Shown here: positions 60,830-64,000 of the stretch, piece by piece
Numbering within the stretch: the first letter of the stretch is position 1
Layout: the number at the start of each line of letters is the position of its first letter
NCBI GenBank assembly: GCA_039096225.1
Contig: JBBPEB010000006.1
Location: 1,178,001 to 1,242,000 of the forward strand
Direction of reading: 5' to 3'
DNA: 64,000 nucleotides
Source: Blastocystis sp. Blastoise
Taxonomy: Eukaryota; Protista; Bigyra: Opalinata
Notes under the pieces: model-generated
Seen by the model: the letters and a program-made list of their open reading frames with translations, nothing else
Databases searched by the model: none
What the model was told of the DNA's origin: nothing
Made by a program: the position numbers and the translations under genes

Positions 60830-63013
60830 GAATCATCTAAGAGTCTGTATGTACTATTCTGTTGTATTTTATCTTTTTGATAACGAATATATATATGGAA
60901 GTATGTTTTGAACTATGGAGAATAAGTAGTTAGAAAGAATCCAAATAATACAAATAATAAATATTAATAATTATATATATATATATATATATACCTTATA
61001 AAAAGTAGATTAGTTGCGGCGGTGGGTATACCAATTATTCAAGGAGTATGAGAGAGTGATATATAGGGAGAAAGGAAAGAAGGATACTAGGGATATAACG
61101 TGAAAGTTAAGGAATAGAAAGGAAGGGAGAGACACTATGAAGGGATAGAATAAGATAGATATTATAATGCCAATTAATAAGTATAATAATAATTATAACT
61201 ATAATAACTATAATACATATACAGGATAAATAACCATGCTTACGATAATCATGGTTATCAAGGAGAGACATAAAAATGGTATACTAGGAGGTATATAGTA
61301 TAGTATATATATTGATGTATTTGTGGTTTATAAGTATAGAATGTTATATTTATCATATGTATAGCATTTTAATATCAATATATATATTAATTATAAATAT
61401 AAAATAGTTAATACTGTGTATAATATATTATATCAAAAGTTTAATAGTGTATATAAATATACAATTGAGAAATACGGTAGAAGTAATATTCCCCGCGATT
61501 AATGATTCATAAAGAGAACACCCACAATAAGATAGGAAAATGAAGGAGGAGATATGGGGAGAACTGTACATAACCACGGGGATAATAAGTATATATATTC
61601 TATAAATTATTTAATAAGAAGATCATGTGATGTAAGTAGTTGACAGAGGGATTCACACATCCATAGAATACATAGATTCTATATAATAATAATAGTAATA
61701 TATAATAATATATAGATTCTATATAAAATAATAATAATAAATATAATAATAATAATAATAAATATCTATATATATATATAGCATACATAAGGGAAATACA
61801 TGACTATAGAGCTATATATTCCTTTATATTTATAAATTATTCCTAATGCTTGTTATGTATATTTATGTTTATGTATATATATTAAGGAATGAATAAGAAG
61901 GAAGAATAAGAGGGATATGAGGTAATAGATAAGGATGAGAAGGAGTTAAGAAGGTATAATTTAAATCTTTATTTTTTAACTGGACAAATACATATACAAT
62001 TTATATATATATAATTCTGCACAATAACTACATTCAGTGCTAATATAATTATTTATATTTGTGATATAGGGTTTCATAAACTATATATTTATAAATATAA
62101 ATAATAATTATAATTATAATAAATATAATAATAATAATAAATATAATAATAAATATAAATATAATAATAAATATAAATATAATAAAATAAATATAATAAA
62201 TATAAATATAATAATAATAAATATAATAAACATAACAATATATACCTTTTTTATTAGGTTCAAAATTAAATCCAAAATCTCTACTGGCAACTCTCATTCT
62301 CCCGCCAGCTCGAGGAGGGGGAAGTGGGGGTAATGCTGATGATGATATATTCAATTTATTATTATTATTATTATTAATATTATTATTATTATTATTATCC
62401 TTAAGTAATAATATTATTATGATGAGAAATAGCTATTCTATCTTTATTAGTAGGAGTTAATAATATATTATTAGCACTCTTATTATTATGTATATCATAA
62501 GTATAATCAATACAAGTATTAAGATCTGAAGATTGAAACGTTGAATTAATTTGATTGGCTATTGTTGAAGATAGATGTGCGGATAATGGTCTATTCACAT
62601 TCTGAGGAATAGTATTTTTATCATTAGTATTATTACTAGTATTATTATTATTATCATTTTCAAATAATCACCATTACTAATACTATTGATTCTCTTTAGA
62701 GGAATAGGAGAAGTACTATTCGACAAAGGTGATATTTCTATATCATTATCTGCTTCTTTATATATAGTATCCATATTTAAGAGACAGACTTCAGAGAATG
62801 AAGATGAATTTCCTTGTGTAGTAGTAGTATATATTTCATTTCGATCACCATCAAATACTATTTCATTACTATTATTCACTTCATAAGGAGAAATAGATGT
62901 AGATGAAGGTATAGGAGTAATAGAAGCTTTTGGAAAATATATTTCTGAATCATATTCTAAAGGATCTAAAGAATTTCTATTCGAACCAGAAAGACTATGA
63001 GAGAAAGAATGTA

Positions 63014-63057
<44 letters not shown>

Positions 63058-63709
63058 GTAGTAGTATCAATATATAATTTATTACTATTGATTAATATAT
63101 TATATGATATAGGAGGAGGGGTAGCCGAATTCGATATAGAACTATCTAAAATAAGTGACGAAACACAATCATTATTTTCATGATAACTACTATTTGAGTT
63201 TTGTTTCATCAGGTGGTGTTGACTATTATATTGTAAATTTGAGAGAGAACGAGGAATAGAAGAAGGTGGAGTTGTTGATAAAGATGGAGGTATATATGTA
63301 GATGTACCTATATGAGTAGAAGGAGTAGATACATGTATTGATGAAGATAAGAATGGCCTAATAATTTATTAGCTGTTATATTATTATTATTATTTATAGA
63401 AGATATAAAAGGCATATTATTATTATTATTATTATGATTATGATTATTAGTATTAATACTATTCATATTAATACCATTAATATTAATTTTCTTTTCTAAG
63501 AATAATTTATGTATTACTTCTGGTTTATAGAAAGGAGTTAATATATAGAAAGCATCAAGTAACGTAGAGGTAAATAATTGCTGTATAATATAAGGATTTG
63601 AAAAAGATGGAGTTAATAAAGAAAAATAAATTTCTATTATCATTTGTATAGATGCAGAATCTATATAATAATAATAATAATTAGATATTATAAATATTAA
63701 AAAAGAATG

Positions 63710-63774
<65 letters not shown>

Positions 63775-64000
63775 ATGACATATATTGGCTAATATATATA
63801 TATCTCTTTTCCACCTCTGTAGCATCTTAATATATATTTCATCCGATATATGGTCATCCACCAAATTATCTAAATCCTTACCTATATATATATATTATAT
63901 AAATATATATATATATATATATTATATAATAAATATATATACTTCTTTTAATATCTAAAGATAATGTGTTAAATAACCAGCTAATTTATCTTGATCATCT
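60830..64000 (-). CDS. 3' part of a multi-exon hypothetical gene (S/N/P-rich) with several apparent frameshifts; runs off the right edge
   Basis: Exon-like blocks with GT-AG introns. Coding-like frames switch near 63355 and 62660, and repeatedly below 62100. Confidence 0.45.

Overview
This is very AT-rich (roughly 20% GC by eye), intron-dense eukaryotic nuclear DNA read with the standard code. The gene families and intron style resemble a Blastocystis-like stramenopile gut protist (inference). Most introns are short GTATAT...TATAG microsatellite introns, so most short ORFs in the ORF track are spurious. I reconstructed about 15 spliced genes by hand: two TLDc genes, NOP14, a fucosyltransferase-like gene, two Era/ERAL1 copies, two large Ig-like/PA14/discoidin-type surface proteins, a SNF2/Brahma ATPase, taspase-1, two hypothetical genes, ROK1/DDX52, a purF homologue and a frameshifted partial gene at the right end. 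Five observations stand out. (1) A GC-rich palindrome, ATTCCC(GC/AC/GT)GGGAAT, is highly iterated through exons via rare codons and also occurs in non-coding DNA. (2) A recent 2.3-kb inverted duplication of Era has near-identical copies that differ by four precise, reciprocal intron presence/absence events. (3) Splicing is unusual: an AT-AC minor-type intron, an obligatory AT-AG intron, a GC-AG intron and a pure G(TA)26G intron. (4) The PurF homologue has a degenerate glutaminase domain (Cys1 to Ser). (5) A multi-exon transcription unit has no ORF.
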